Assembly: GCA_905178155.1 (NCBI GenBank)
Contig: CAJINV010000027.1
Coordinates: forward strand, 348,840-354,374
From: Amoebophrya sp. A120
Taxonomy: Eukaryota; Protista; Dinoflagellata
Direction: 5' to 3'
Length of the DNA: 5,535 nt
Shown here: one piece after another, positions 5,441-5,535 of the stretch
How the letters are laid out: each line of letters starts with the position of its first letter
Position numbering within the stretch: the first letter of the stretch is position 1
The notes under the pieces: model-generated
Database searches by the model: none
Seen by the model: the letters and a program-made list of their open reading frames with translations, nothing else
Told to the model about the DNA's origin: nothing
Made by a program: the position numbers and the translations under genes

Positions 5441-5535
5441 AAAAAAACCGCCAGCCCCGCACCAAAAGCGGCCGCGGGAAGCGGCTGCGATCTGCCTCGC
5501 GCGCGGCTGCTCGCCATTGGGAAAAGCTGCCAACC

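Noticed and set aside
5195-5533. Minus-strand ORFs of 112 aa and 60 aa in the right flank
   Set aside because: The longer one crosses the LTR/flank junction; both are low-complexity translations of GC-rich repeats.

Overview
The window holds a near-complete, apparently intact eukaryotic Ty1/copia LTR retrotransposon on the + strand (about 1-5321), followed by about 210 bp of GC-rich flank. gag (418-1623) and pol (protease-integrase-RT-RNase H, ending at 4767) are in the same frame. They are separated by one TGA in a UGA-CUA context, which points to programmed stop-codon readthrough. Unusual features: (1) the Gag N-terminus resembles a degenerate CAP-Gly domain; (2) Gag has a CCCH finger rather than a CCHC knuckle; (3) the two LTRs share a perfect 93-bp 3' block but have unalignable upstream (U3-like) parts; (4) five copies of a fixed-spacing palindrome, TATTGR-N11-TCAATA, lie in the non-coding parts; (5) the PBS is of the half-tRNA(iMet) type; (6) the right flank has two hairpin repeats with a compensatory base change. 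The host cannot be determined from the sequence; a protist is a guess. All alignments were done by eye.
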